Below are positions 57,831 through 58,057 of a stretch of 58,057 nucleotides of DNA, in pieces. The stretch is from assembly GCA_049598495.1 (NCBI GenBank), contig JBMYNR010000006.1, positions 1 through 58,057 on the forward strand, given 5' to 3'. A program made the translations under genes and the position numbers. This DNA comes from Opitutales bacterium (GTDB lineage: Bacteria; Verrucomicrobiota; Verrucomicrobiia; Opitutales; Coraliomargaritaceae). Within the stretch, counting starts at the first letter, position 1, and each line of letters opens with the position of its first letter. Below the pieces are notes generated by a model. That model had not been told where the DNA came from. It searched no databases and saw nothing but the letters and a program-made list of their open reading frames with translations.

Positions 57831-58000
57831 GCGGCGTGAAGCCGCTCGCTACGGGTTGCTCTGTGGTCTCAGTTCCGGCCTGAAGCAGGCATTCCACTTC
57901 AAAGAATGTTTCGCCTGCTTGAGGTAGGGTTGCTGCCGGACGGCGCAGTCCAACGTTGAGAGCGCGTGGAGCTTTGTTGGAGTTCGGCCTTTAGGCCGTC
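57831..58000. repeat. cluster of degenerate REP-like palindromes
   Basis: GCGGCGTGAAGCCGCTCGCTAC (GTAG foot on minus); CCTGAAGCAGGC/GCCTGCTTGAGG; GTTGGAGTTCGGCCTTTAGGCCG. Confidence 0.55.
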
Positions 58001-58057
58001 TGATTCCATATTTTGAGAGCTTTCCATCACTACACCCGGCACGACGTAGCGAACCTG

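Overview
This is a bacterial chromosome segment packed with housekeeping genes, probably from Verrucomicrobiota/Opitutae. That placement is inferred from protein features and was not checked by search. Genes include alaS, leuB, amt-glnK, sucCD, ffh, pyrD, sucA-sucB-lpdA, aroK, hflX, pxpBCA, lepB, malQ, rsmJ, tlyA, tatC, ppdK, nadE, hemL, a Ni-SOD, thrS and an initiator-type tRNA-Met. No CRISPR array, prophage or intact transposase is visible. The interesting signals are mostly intergenic. (1) A decayed GxxExxY (PD-(D/E)XK-like) gene sits inside a 32-bp inverted repeat built of ~10-bp periodic units. Two architecturally similar elements lie downstream of sucD (empty) and thrS (hairpin cargo). 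(2) A dif-like site lies at 34316-34343, with KOPS-like octamers converging on it. (3) A 235-bp MITE supplies the stop codons of both flanking genes. (4) An NRAMP-like transporter is broken by one TAG that lies in a perfect palindrome. (5) There are candidate structured RNAs upstream of ffh and of the last ORF, an internally deleted IS630 relic, a signal-peptide Ni-SOD with Phe at hook position 9, and scattered REP-like palindromes.
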